The notes below the pieces were generated by a model. It made no database searches. It saw only the letters and a program-made list of their open reading frames with translations, and was not told where the DNA came from. Below are positions 1 to 7,986 of a stretch of 20,000 nt of DNA, in pieces. Made by a program: the position numbers and the translations under genes. Position 1 is the first letter of the stretch; each line of letters opens with the position of its first letter. The DNA lies in the IMG/VR virus record IMGVR_UViG_3300044645_000935; one strand, given 5' to 3'. This stretch comes from an uncultured virus (IMG/VR IMGVR_UViG_3300044645_000935) (taxonomy: Duplodnaviria; Heunggongvirae; Uroviricota; Caudoviricetes; Crassvirales).

Positions 1-192
1 GTTTATGGTGTATGGTTTCATTGCCTCAACAATAGACTCAAGCCCATGGCTGTAGTCATTCATCAGCAGTCCATTGATTTTCTTTTGCTTCACATTAACA
101 TACTTGTCGCAGAATCTGTAGAAGTTTGAGAACTCATCGAATGGATTGTTTGGTATGGCATACACCTGATGGTACATCTGAGAATAACTTTC
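1..192 (-). pseudogene. Out-of-frame continuation of the SF2 helicase (ESYSQMYHQVYAIPNNPF...), open to the window edge
   Basis: Frame 192->1 is open and protein-like, with an in-frame TAA directly upstream (195-193); +1 relative to the 772 frame. Confidence 0.7.
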
Positions 193-772
193 TTATTACT
201 TGAGCCACCAATAAAGCTCTGCCGCTAGGCTTAGGGAAAGCCCCCATGCTGTGTGCCTCATCGCAGATAATTAGGTCCCACTTCTCATTGTCCATCACCA
301 AGTGAAGGCTCTCGTAGTTAATCACAGTCAGATGATAATATGGTTTCAATACTTTGTAGTCTGCTTCAATCGTACTAATTGCTTTTTTCTTAGTAACGAA
401 CAGCACCCGCTCAGCCTCTATCCTTTCTGCAATACCTAGACTCGTGAGAGTCTTGCCTGTCCTTACCTCCATTGCTAGATATAAGAACCCATGCTCGTTT
501 AGAATACGGGAGCCTTTCTCAATTATATCGGTTTGGTAATCCCTGAAATTGAATTTCATTTGATTTAATTTTTTGTAGTGTTCGCAGCTGCGCAATATTT
601 TATCTAGAACGTCTTGGTCTACTTTGTACTTTGGCACCTTGATAGTCTCTACCTTCTTGCCTCGACCAATCTTAGTGTCGTTGGTCTGAGTAATTATTGA
701 TTTCAAAGTTTCACAATAGTGCAACATTGCCTCGTTACTATATCCTGCAATCCGCTCTACTATATTTTTCAT
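134..772 (-). CDS. SF2 (DExH) helicase, N-terminal part; reading frame broken near 193
   Basis: Q motif FRDYQ, Walker A-like MEVRTGKT, motif II DEAH; no motif III before the stop. Possible internal start at 559 (MKFNFRDYQ) behind an A-rich leader. Confidence 0.85.
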   Translation of the reverse strand: MKNIVERIAGYSNEAMLHYCETLKSIITQTNDTKIGRGKKVETIKVPKYKVDQDVLDKILRSCEHYKKLNQMKFNFRDYQTDIIEKGSRILNEHGFLYLAMEVRTGKTLTSLGIAERIEAERVLFVTKKKAISTIEADYKVLKPYYHLTVINYESLHLVMDNEKWDLIICDEAHSMGAFPKPSGRALLVAQVIRKLFSDVPSGVCHTKQSIR

Positions 773-1104
773 TTACGTAGTCTCAATTTACAACCACCAC
801 AAACCATATTTGGGGAGTACTCCTCGATGACAGGGTAATCGCAATCGCATCTCTCAAATTTCTCTGAACCATCCTCATTGAAGTTGTCTTCCATGTACTT
901 CAACAACTCAATACATTTCTCGAACATCTCAATCTCAGAGAAGTAATGAAGCATATCCTCCAATGTATCAAAGTCAGGCTCCCTGTCAGGGATGTGAGCA
1001 AAGTACCCAATCCCTGATGACATCACCTCGTATACGGTATTCCTTTGGGTGATTATATTGAAGGAGTTAATCATCCCGATATGTACTTGTTGTTGCTCAG
1101 TCAT
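769..1104 (-). CDS. Hypothetical protein with C-terminal CxC...CxxC possible Zn site
   Basis: 111 aa ORF with ATGA overlap to the helicase; CDC and CGGC motifs. Confidence 0.7.
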   Translation of the reverse strand: MTEQQQVHIGMINSFNIITQRNTVYEVMSSGIGYFAHIPDREPDFDTLEDMLHYFSEIEMFEKCIELLKYMEDNFNEDGSEKFERCDCDYPVIEEYSPNMVCGGCKLRLRK

Positions 1105-1270
1105 TGTCCTTTATCCTTTTGATTAATTCATCTAGGTTCTCGTCACTCATGAATACATCCTTCTCAACATTCCAATAATCAAGGTACTTGTCCCTATGTA
1201 CAGCATACCACTTGCCTGTGTACTCATTCCAATGGAACACGTAGTTCCAAATAATCAGATTACTCTTCAT
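1097..1270 (-). CDS. Small hypothetical protein, 57 aa (MKSNLIIWNYVFHWNEYTGKW...)
   Basis: Translated by hand, below the ORF-track cutoff; fills the gap and overlaps both neighbours. Confidence 0.7.
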   Translation of the reverse strand: MKSNLIIWNYVFHWNEYTGKWYAVHRDKYLDYWNVEKDVFMSDENLDELIKRIKDND

Positions 1271-3668
1271 CTTGTTTTTTGCTTTTAATGATTATCCATC
1301 TACCCTGTTGGTCTCTGTCCTCCTCAGGCATGGTCCCCTCTTTGTAAATAGCATAGGAGACTAACCATCTGTAGAACTTTGTCCTGCTGATACTCATTCG
1401 TCCTCTAGGTCCGTAGTCAGGATACTCCTCCACGAAGTTGTAGTAGAGTTCATTCTTGTAAAGCCTAGTGTCTGTCTGTAGCACCACGTTACGCTCGTTG
1501 CTGTCAACCAATCCGCACCACTCGATAAACTCATGGCAGGTCTCTGCGGACAGCTGTCTGATTTTTAAGTTAACAAATTTACTCTTAACCAAACCTGTCT
1601 TGAGGTAAGATTTTAAACAGCCAATCATGTAGTTGTCAAACTCGCACCAATCATCATCGTTCCAATCACCGAACATCAACTTTCCAAACTCATCCAATGG
1701 AGTGAACTCCTTGTTGTAGTACTGATGCAACTCCAACTCCCACTTACGTCTTGCGAATGAATTGCCGGCACCTTTGATGGCGTAGTTAGTAGTGAGTGCA
1801 ATCTTTGGCGACTTGCTGAACGGAATCTTGATTGCATCCTTATTCTTTTTCTCTAGAGTCAAACCTTCAGTTATCACACTGAACAATCGCTCGAAGTCAA
1901 AGTGCTTTCTCACATCATCAAAGCATAATATCTGTGTATCTGCTGACACCAACTGATAAGCGAAGCTTCGCTCGAATGCAAATGACTTGCCGTCAATCAC
2001 CACGAGTTTCTTCATCTTGCTTAGCGCATTCATAAGCAATCCCTTTCCCGTTCCTCCCTCAGGGTTGTCGCTGATTACCTCATCGTTTAGAATCACAGCA
2101 GGACAGAACGATAAGTTCTTGTATCCATGCATCAAGAATCCAATGGTGCTCTCCATTGATTTGATTCTACCTTCGTCACCACCATTGATGTTGCTTACAA
2201 ACTTTCTGAAGTCACATCTCTCGGTCACCCCACAGAGCGTGAAGTTGCGGTCAATCACATGGTCCTTCCAAACATACCCGCCAAGGTCAAGGTAGTCTAG
2301 CGTGCTGATTGAATCCTTGGTAATCTTTACAGCGCAGTTCTTGTAGTACAGGTATGCGGCATCCTTGGTATCAGCAATGAAGTAAATATCAATGGTTGAT
2401 AGCATGGACAGGAATTCCTCCTTAAAGAATCGTGTGTTGTCTGCGAAGTAATTGTATACCCCGATGTCATCCAACTCTAGCAGGTGGTTCAGGACGAAGT
2501 CCTTGATTTCTTTCTCTGAGGTGTGGTCTATCAGGTTGTTGGTAACCTTTACGAATACATAGTTCTTTCCTCCCTCAGGGCAGTACTTGTAAAAGCCTGA
2601 GTCTTCAAGGAACTGCTTGAACTGAATGTGTACTACTCTGATGACTCCCTTCTCGTTTCTGTCCCAAAAAGTCTGCTTCGCATTCTCCTCTTCTACCTTG
2701 TTGAGTACTGATTCGATAGTATCGCTGTCCAAGTTGGAGTCCTGCAGTTGGAAGCGAATCTCTTTTTTTGATACACCACGTCTGAGTTTGGCACGAATCT
2801 GATTGATACGCTCCTCGTCTTCGTAGTACTTGGTACCGAAGTTTGCGGTGTGCTTGTATGCTGAGTCAATCGTGTTAGAAATTTCACGAGTTGTAAAGTC
2901 CTCAGAGGCGTACTGATTCAGGACATAGGATGCAAGACCCTTGTTGATGCCGAAGTCATTGAACGCCATCGCTAGGACGTAGCAGTTCTGATTGCGCTGT
3001 CCCTCCATCATTGGGTATTTCTTTGTCCACCACTTGACAAGTATGTCCACTATCTTATTCTCATCTGTGATTGGAATGGTAGGGCTGTCCTTAACCTTGC
3101 TTACCTCTGTGTACTCAGGCTCCTCGATTACATCCCATACAGATGAGTTCTCATTGATGTATAGCAATGGGTCATAAGACTCGTAGCATACACGAGACAG
3201 GTTCTTGCTAGTCTTATCAAAGTAGGGGCTGTTAAAGTATTTCTCTAGGCTGTTAAAGTAGTTGGTATGGTTCTCTGCATCTGCAGGAATCTTTACGATT
3301 ACCTTCAGACCATTTCCCGATGGAGAAATAAATACTGAGAAAACATACTTGTTCTTGGTCAGGTTCTCTTTGTCATGTAGCAGTTCCTTCTGCTTCTCAT
3401 ATCCATCAAAGTCTAGGCAGATAAACCCTGAGTGCTGAATCAGAGATGCATCTGTACGCTTGTTGAATGTACCGCTGAAGCAGATGGCAGGAAGTTCCTT
3501 CTTTAATTCCTGTCGCTCAGGCTTGCGCTTCTCTGCACGAATCTTCTTTACCAATTCCTTGGTTGTCTCTGAACCATCCTTGATTCTGAGAAGAATCAGA
3601 CGTATGTCCCTGAAGAACGGAGTGTCAGTATCCTTGATGCTCTTGAAAATTGTTACGTTCTGTGTCAT
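1260..3668 (-). CDS. Primase-helicase: BT4734/VirE-N-like primase domain + PriCT-like domain + P-loop NTPase
   Basis: LPAICFSG, ICLDFD, FISPSGNGLK and SRVCYESYDP (BT4734-like); EGQRNQ (PriCT-like); GGTGKG Walker A, LCFDD Walker B, LTTN motif C. Confidence 0.85.
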   Translation of the reverse strand: MTQNVTIFKSIKDTDTPFFRDIRLILLRIKDGSETTKELVKKIRAEKRKPERQELKKELPAICFSGTFNKRTDASLIQHSGFICLDFDGYEKQKELLHDKENLTKNKYVFSVFISPSGNGLKVIVKIPADAENHTNYFNSLEKYFNSPYFDKTSKNLSRVCYESYDPLLYINENSSVWDVIEEPEYTEVSKVKDSPTIPITDENKIVDILVKWWTKKYPMMEGQRNQNCYVLAMAFNDFGINKGLASYVLNQYASEDFTTREISNTIDSAYKHTANFGTKYYEDEERINQIRAKLRRGVSKKEIRFQLQDSNLDSDTIESVLNKVEEENAKQTFWDRNEKGVIRVVHIQFKQFLEDSGFYKYCPEGGKNYVFVKVTNNLIDHTSEKEIKDFVLNHLLELDDIGVYNYFADNTRFFKEEFLSMLSTIDIYFIADTKDAAYLYYKNCAVKITKDSISTLDYLDLGGYVWKDHVIDRNFTLCGVTERCDFRKFVSNINGGDEGRIKSMESTIGFLMHGYKNLSFCPAVILNDEVISDNPEGGTGKGLLMNALSKMKKLVVIDGKSFAFERSFAYQLVSADTQILCFDDVRKHFDFERLFSVITEGLTLEKKNKDAIKIPFSKSPKIALTTNYAIKGAGNSFARRKWELELHQYYNKEFTPLDEFGKLMFGDWNDDDWCEFDNYMIGCLKSYLKTGLVKSKFVNLKIRQLSAETCHEFIEWCGLVDSNERNVVLQTDTRLYKNELYYNFVEEYPDYGPRGRMSISRTKFYRWLVSYAIYKEGTMPEEDRDQQGRWIIIKSKKQDEE

Positions 3669-3830
3669 AAATGTTAATTCGGTGTCGGTTTAATGTCGTG
3701 TAAGTTACTGATAATCAATCTGCTGTCAATAATGTCAATTTTATTCTTAAAATTTAATCAGAAAAAAAAGAAAGAAAGAATAATTATATATAGAAAATAT
3801 AGGGAAATGAGTTTGACATTTTCGTCAGGC
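3661..3830. repeat. Origin-like region 1: TGTCR iterons, IHF-like box, purine-skewed AT-rich core
   Basis: TGTCG at 3683 and 3694, TGTCA at 3724 and 3733, inverted TGACAT at 3814; TAAGTTACTGATA 3701-3713 is one mismatch from WATCAAnnnnTTR. Confidence 0.6.
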
Positions 3831-3839
3831 AAAAAGGCT

Positions 3840-3868
3840 AAAAAAAAGGGAGAGATTTTCTCCCCCTT
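3840..3868 (-). terminator. Intrinsic terminator after the putative ssb
   Basis: Minus strand AAGGGGGAGA-AAA-TCTCTCCCTT followed by a T run. Confidence 0.75.
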
Positions 3869-3878
3869 AGTTTGCCTA

Positions 3879-4178
3879 TTAGAACGGCAGGTCACCATCA
3901 TCCTCGGGCTCGGGTAGTACTACCTTTGCTTGTGGCTTTGGTGCCGCTTTGCTAGGAGCTTGCTGTGTTGTTGGCTCGTAGGTATCGAGTTCAACATAGT
4001 GGTTACCACTTCTAGCGGTCTTGATGTTTAGGTTCACCCAACCATTCTTCTGATGGTCTTTAATGAATGCTACCGCATCATCAACCTTTAGTGATAGTCT
4101 CCCTACTACAAAGTCAGGAGCCTTTTCGTTTCTCTTGAAGGAGAAACCTTCTGCAAAGATTTTTTCATCTTGTGCCAT
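3879..4178 (-). CDS. Putative single-stranded DNA-binding protein
   Basis: Small beta-rich core, Pro/Ala/Gln linker and acidic tail EDDGDLPF resembling the SSB C-terminal DDDIPF; lies next to Sak and the exonuclease. Confidence 0.7.
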   Translation of the reverse strand: MAQDEKIFAEGFSFKRNEKAPDFVVGRLSLKVDDAVAFIKDHQKNGWVNLNIKTARSGNHYVELDTYEPTTQQAPSKAAPKPQAKVVLPEPEDDGDLPF

Positions 4179-4199
4179 AGTGTAAATTGTTTTTAGTAT

Positions 4200-4252
4200 G
4201 CCTCAGTCTATTTGAACCAACCACCTACCTCTAAGGCTAAGCAGATGATTGG
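4200..4252 (-). promoter_or_regulatory. H-type RNA pseudoknot in the 5' leader of the putative ssb
   Basis: S1 CCAAUCAUCUGCUU/AGGUAGGUGGUUGG (14 bp, 4 G-U), L1 single A, S2 GCCUUAG/CUGAGGC (7 bp), L3 10 nt, then a 21-nt A-rich spacer to the ATG. Confidence 0.75.
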
Positions 4253-4298
4253 ATATTTATCCAAATCGTGCATTAAATTACACTTTTGGCAATTTATG

Positions 4299-4374
4299 TA
4301 GTCAGGGCAGGACTCGAACCTGATAAGCAACCTCAAAGGATTTGGCTACCTTGCCGCATTACGCCCACCTGACT
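4299..4374 (-). ncRNA. tRNA-like RNA or pseudo-tRNA with non-canonical D and anticodon region
   Basis: Acceptor AGUCAGG/CCUGACU plus A; T arm CAGG-UUCGAGU-CCUG; central 8-bp hairpin with an 11-nt loop; no encoded CCA. Confidence 0.65.
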
Positions 4375-4381
4375 AGTACTC

Positions 4382-5152
4382 TTAAATTAGGAACTCATCA
4401 ATGAAGTAATTATCAATGTTGTCCGTAGGCTTGCTCCCGAAGTACTTAGAGAAGACTTCTATGGCTCGGGCTACCTTACGCTCACCTGACTCGATAAACT
4501 CGGGAGATGGCTTAAAAATACCTAGAACTCCTGTTGTCTTGTCAATGGCATAGAACACCAAAGGCTTACCAAATAATTGCTGATAAATATAACACTGCGA
4601 ATCGTAGTTGTATGCCTTCGCTGAGTATTTAAATTTCTGAATGTCGCCTGTGGTCTTCAAGTCAATCAAGAAATCCTTACCAACGATGTCAGCCTTACCC
4701 TTCCACATCATCCCTTGAATCTGTCCCACAGCGGGAACCTCAAACTGATTACCCTCTCTGTAAATCTCATCGTAAAATGTGATATTGCTTTTCATAATAC
4801 TAACCAACTCCCTCACCTCATCCTGCTCTTTCTTTAGCATACAGAACGGAAGGTTATTTGTCTCGCAGTAGTTCTTGTACTCCTTGGTATTCCTAGTGCT
4901 CACATCAACGAAAGGTGTAGCCTCTGCCTTCTCAGGCTCAAGCAACAACTGATGGAAGAATCGCCCATCCATGAAAGCCTTGCTATCCTCTCTTGACTTA
5001 CCGAATTCCTTCGGGTTTGTAAGCAAGGTCCCAATGTCTGAGTTTGATAGGTAGTTCTTGCCTACCCCACCATAGTACTCTTTGTCATCATTAAGGAGAG
5101 CCAAGATATTTGGCTCCCCTGTTAGGTCAATTGTCTCTAGCAATGTCTTCAT
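4382..5152 (-). CDS. PD-(D/E)XK exonuclease, RecE/exonuclease VIII-like (DUF3799-like)
   Basis: LSNSDI, GRFFHQLLLEP, KGKADI...LIDLKTT and YDSQCYIY motifs. Confidence 0.85.
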   Translation of the reverse strand: MKTLLETIDLTGEPNILALLNDDKEYYGGVGKNYLSNSDIGTLLTNPKEFGKSREDSKAFMDGRFFHQLLLEPEKAEATPFVDVSTRNTKEYKNYCETNNLPFCMLKKEQDEVRELVSIMKSNITFYDEIYREGNQFEVPAVGQIQGMMWKGKADIVGKDFLIDLKTTGDIQKFKYSAKAYNYDSQCYIYQQLFGKPLVFYAIDKTTGVLGIFKPSPEFIESGERKVARAIEVFSKYFGSKPTDNIDNYFIDEFLI

Positions 5153-5784
5153 TACTTCAACAAGTCTACAACTGCCTGCTTAACTTCATTGGTCATGCTG
5201 TACTTTCTGTTTAACTGCTGACCAATCTTTCCAATGCCCAACTCTTTGTTGGCATTCACATACTTCACTACGCTCTTCCAATTGTCTGAGCCAATAACCA
5301 ACTCAATCAACTCTGCGCTAGGCTTAGCCTTGGCAGGAGCAGGAGCAGGTGCTGATGTCTCAACCTCAGGCAAGTCCTCTCCTGCAAATATGTAGATGCC
5401 CAATCCAAACATGGCTAGGTTCTTAACCAAGCATCGCATGATGGTCTTGTTGATGTCGAATGTAGTTGCCGCTTCAACACTCTTTACCCCATACTTGGTG
5501 GTGTACTCATAAGAATGTTTCTTCATGGACTTATTCTTGCCGTCCATCACAGGCAACCACATCTCTAGGGTCTGCCCTTCAATGGTTACTTGAGTGTGGC
5601 ACATGAATCCTAGAGCCTCATCGTAATCTGTAGGCAGGATTTGATAGGATGCATCGGGACATTCTTTCTTTACAACGGACCAAGCCCATGCCCATGATAG
5701 GTAGGTAAGTCCGTCTTTCTTTTCAACGTACTCATTTACATTGATGGCTGATAGCCTTTCGAAAACTGATTTGTTTTGTGTCAT
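5152..5784 (-). CDS. sak: Sak-family single-strand annealing protein (DUF1071)
   Basis: VEKKDGLTYLSWAWAW, MWLPVMD, FDINKTIMRCLVKNLAMFGLGIYIFAGEDLP. Confidence 0.9.
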   Translation of the reverse strand: MTQNKSVFERLSAINVNEYVEKKDGLTYLSWAWAWSVVKKECPDASYQILPTDYDEALGFMCHTQVTIEGQTLEMWLPVMDGKNKSMKKHSYEYTTKYGVKSVEAATTFDINKTIMRCLVKNLAMFGLGIYIFAGEDLPEVETSAPAPAPAKAKPSAELIELVIGSDNWKSVVKYVNANKELGIGKIGQQLNRKYSMTNEVKQAVVDLLK

Positions 5785-5797
5785 TTGATTTGATTGA

Positions 5798-6058
5798 TTA
5801 AAGTAATTCTAAGATGTATTCGGTAATGTAGTATTTCATGTCATCGTCAAGAAGGATGTCTTCGTATTCTCCCTCCTCATTTGTTTTAAGAAACGCTGTA
5901 GTGTGAATCAATTTCACCTTTGTTTCTCCCCAAGGTGGGCTGTCGTAGTCTCCGTCCTCATCAAAGGATTCAACTCTGTAGTCGCCTTCCCAAATGTAAT
6001 CTGAGTCCCCGTAACTGAACTCAATTGATTGGTCGTAAAACTCTTCTGATGTGTACAT
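5798..6058 (-). CDS. Highly acidic hypothetical protein
   Basis: 86 aa with about 25 D/E versus 5 K/R (hand count). Confidence 0.75.
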   Translation of the reverse strand: MYTSEEFYDQSIEFSYGDSDYIWEGDYRVESFDEDGDYDSPPWGETKVKLIHTTAFLKTNEEGEYEDILLDDDMKYYITEYILELL

Positions 6059-6069
6059 ACTAGATTGGA

Positions 6070-6372
6070 TTAAATAAATACTGCACGCTCTACTTCCTTG
6101 ACTACTGATACGTAGTCCTTATCCTCTGCGATTCGTTTCTCGACCGCAGATATCCCATGAATAATTGAAGGATGCGAAATGCTGTACCCTGCATCATTCA
6201 TGTACCGCTCGATGTAAGTAATTTGCATCGGTCTCTTGGCACATAGGTAGTAGACCAATTGTCTAGCGTCTACTATGGCCCGCTTCTTTGTCTTGGAGAA
6301 GAAGTCCTCCTTGGTAATACCGAACAGGTCCACGACCCGCTCTACGTACTGATTAAACACTTCATGTTTCAT
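6070..6372 (-). CDS. Stand-alone DnaA C-terminal (domain IV) HTH-like protein
   Basis: FGITKEDFFSKTKKRAIVDARQLVYYL...SHPSIIHGISAVEK follows the Bac_DnaA_C pattern (S.kR...v.aRq.amYL...dHtTVih). Confidence 0.75.
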   Translation of the reverse strand: MKHEVFNQYVERVVDLFGITKEDFFSKTKKRAIVDARQLVYYLCAKRPMQITYIERYMNDAGYSISHPSIIHGISAVEKRIAEDKDYVSVVKEVERAVFI

Positions 6373-6397
6373 GGATGTAAATATATTAAATTGTTAA

Positions 6398-6643
6398 TTA
6401 CTTGTATATTTTTTGCTCGACTTTTTTTAAATAAAGTTCCATCTCAACAAGTTCTAGGTGCTTGCTTCGGTTGGTGTTGCATTCGTAGAATGTCCCATCG
6501 AAAAGAACTTGGATGTAGTTTCCGTCATTGTAAAGCAATACATCATCACAAGCACCTTTTAATTCTGCGTTTGGATGTAGTTTCTTGAATTCATTTCTAG
6601 TGTAGGACTTTTTTGAGTCCAACCAATCTTTAAGTTTTCCCAT
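6398..6643 (-). CDS. Hypothetical protein
   Basis: 81 aa ORF in a tightly packed operon. Confidence 0.7.
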   Translation of the reverse strand: MGKLKDWLDSKKSYTRNEFKKLHPNAELKGACDDVLLYNDGNYIQVLFDGTFYECNTNRSKHLELVEMELYLKKVEQKIYK

Positions 6644-6655
6644 AATTTAATTAGA

Positions 6656-6970
6656 TTATTTCTCGTTCAATTCTGATTTCAATTTTTGGATGTACAACGT
6701 AGCGTCCATCAGTTCCTCCTGTAGATGATTAAGCCACTCAATTAGAGTGGCCTTATTATCCTCAAGCGTGGTCCCATACTTTAGAATCCCAACCCTAGAC
6801 CTAGTGTCAAACTTGTTGACCACTTGCTCTACAATTGGGTCATGGTATTCTCTTATGGTCTTGGCTTCATTTAGATACACGTCCAAGTCCTTCTCAGATA
6901 GTTTGAATCCATCCTCCAAGTGATGTCTTATCCTGCTTGCAAACCAATCAATTTGCGTTAGCCTACCCAT
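6656..6970 (-). CDS. Conserved phage protein, possible all-alpha NTP-pyrophosphatase-like fold
   Basis: RSRVGILKYGTTL...EWLNHLQEELMDATLY, a motif I recall from many aquatic phage proteins; EExxD resembles MazG-like helices. Confidence 0.6.
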   Translation of the reverse strand: MGRLTQIDWFASRIRHHLEDGFKLSEKDLDVYLNEAKTIREYHDPIVEQVVNKFDTRSRVGILKYGTTLEDNKATLIEWLNHLQEELMDATLYIQKLKSELNEK

Positions 6971-7349
6971 AGACTACCTCCCCCAACGCTAGGTATTGAA
7001 ACACGACATCTGCCGACTCTGAATCCCCGTTCTCCTCCATGTGAGCAATTAGGTAGTGACGCTCATCGCTAGTCGCTAACTTGCTTAGCCTGTCTGCCAT
7101 TGTCTCTAGGCTTATTAAACCAATCTGCTCCTCGATATCCTCTGCGTCATGGATAGGGACCTCAACTCCTTTCATTACAGCCTTAAATGTGGCTACAGAT
7201 AGGCAAGACTCCTCTTCTCTAGGGACAGCATTTCTTATCAATCCTACGGCATTTCTGCTTAGGTGGTACCAATAGTTGCTGCCGCCCTCGATGGCTGTTA
7301 CGAATACGTCCTCTAGGACTGACTCGTCAATTTCAATTTGAATTTTCAT
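6963..7349 (-). CDS. Hypothetical phage protein
   Basis: 128 aa; TAIEGGSNYW and ADVVFQYLALGEVVYG ending. Confidence 0.75.
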   Translation of the reverse strand: MKIQIEIDESVLEDVFVTAIEGGSNYWYHLSRNAVGLIRNAVPREEESCLSVATFKAVMKGVEVPIHDAEDIEEQIGLISLETMADRLSKLATSDERHYLIAHMEENGDSESADVVFQYLALGEVVYG

Positions 7350-7356
7350 ATTGATA

Positions 7357-7701
7357 TTATTTTTGTTCTACTTTAAGACTTAATCCATGTTCATCAAGAA
7401 AAGTTATCACTTCAAGCAATCCCTTTTTACCAAAATTTCTTATTTTAATTAGGTCCCTTTCTGAGCGTTGAATTAAGTCCTCTAGTGTTCGTATATCATT
7501 GGCTTTAAAACAATTGTACGTTCTAACAGAGAAATCTAATTTATAGATAGGGGTTTTAAGGAAGTCGTTTATTTCAAAAAACTTCTTTCTTTTTTCTTGA
7601 TTACCATGGAATAGCATTATATCTATTACTTTTTCTGCTATTTTTTCAACTAATGTATCTACATCAACAGATGTAAATACTAAATTTTCAGTTCTGTTCA
7701 T
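7357..7701 (-). CDS. Stand-alone RNA polymerase alpha C-terminal-domain protein
   Basis: PIYKLDFSVRTYNCFKANDIRTLEDLIQRSERDLIKIRNFGKKGLLEV matches the alpha-CTD signature LSVRxxNCLK...L.K..NFGKKSL.E. Confidence 0.9.
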   Translation of the reverse strand: MNRTENLVFTSVDVDTLVEKIAEKVIDIMLFHGNQEKRKKFFEINDFLKTPIYKLDFSVRTYNCFKANDIRTLEDLIQRSERDLIKIRNFGKKGLLEVITFLDEHGLSLKVEQK

Positions 7702-7858
7702 TCTCTACTTGCTTTTTGATTTTTTGAATTAATTTGATTACTAAGTCCTGCTCTTTTGAAGTTATGTTGTCAGCATAGTACAACGCATCAGATACTGATT
7801 CTAGGGTGTGCTCGAGGTCCATGTTATCGGGCACCTCGATTGTGATTGTTACTTTCAT
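7688..7858 (-). CDS. Small hypothetical protein, 56 aa (MKVTITIEVPDNMDL...)
   Basis: Translated by hand; ATGA overlap with the upstream ORF. Confidence 0.65.
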   Translation of the reverse strand: MKVTITIEVPDNMDLEHTLESVSDALYYADNITSKEQDLVIKLIQKIKKQVENEQN

Positions 7859-7986
7859 TTGAATTTTTTGTAGATGATGTAAAATAAAAGACCTATGTGA
7901 AGGCCGATGTAAATGGTAATGGCCAAGGGGACCGACACAAAAAAGAATTTTGCTAGGTCCCCCAAGATTGCCATGAACCTATTCAT
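7855..7986 (-). CDS. Small membrane protein, 43 aa (MNRFMAILGDLAKFFFVSVPLAITIYIGLHIGLLFYIIYKKFK)
   Basis: Translated by hand; one hydrophobic segment and a basic C-terminus; alternative start at 7974. Confidence 0.6.
   Translation of the reverse strand: MNRFMAILGDLAKFFFVSVPLAITIYIGLHIGLLFYIIYKKFK

Noticed and set aside
3693..3917. ORF 3693-3917 (+) and ORF 15007-15306 (-)
   Set aside because: They lie across origin-like and terminator sequence and give low-complexity translations.
4200..4298. HDV-like (theta) ribozyme after the tRNA-like RNA
   Set aside because: No G-started P1 at the tRNA 3' end and no nested P1/P1.1/P3/P4 topology; a simple H-type pseudoknot fits better.
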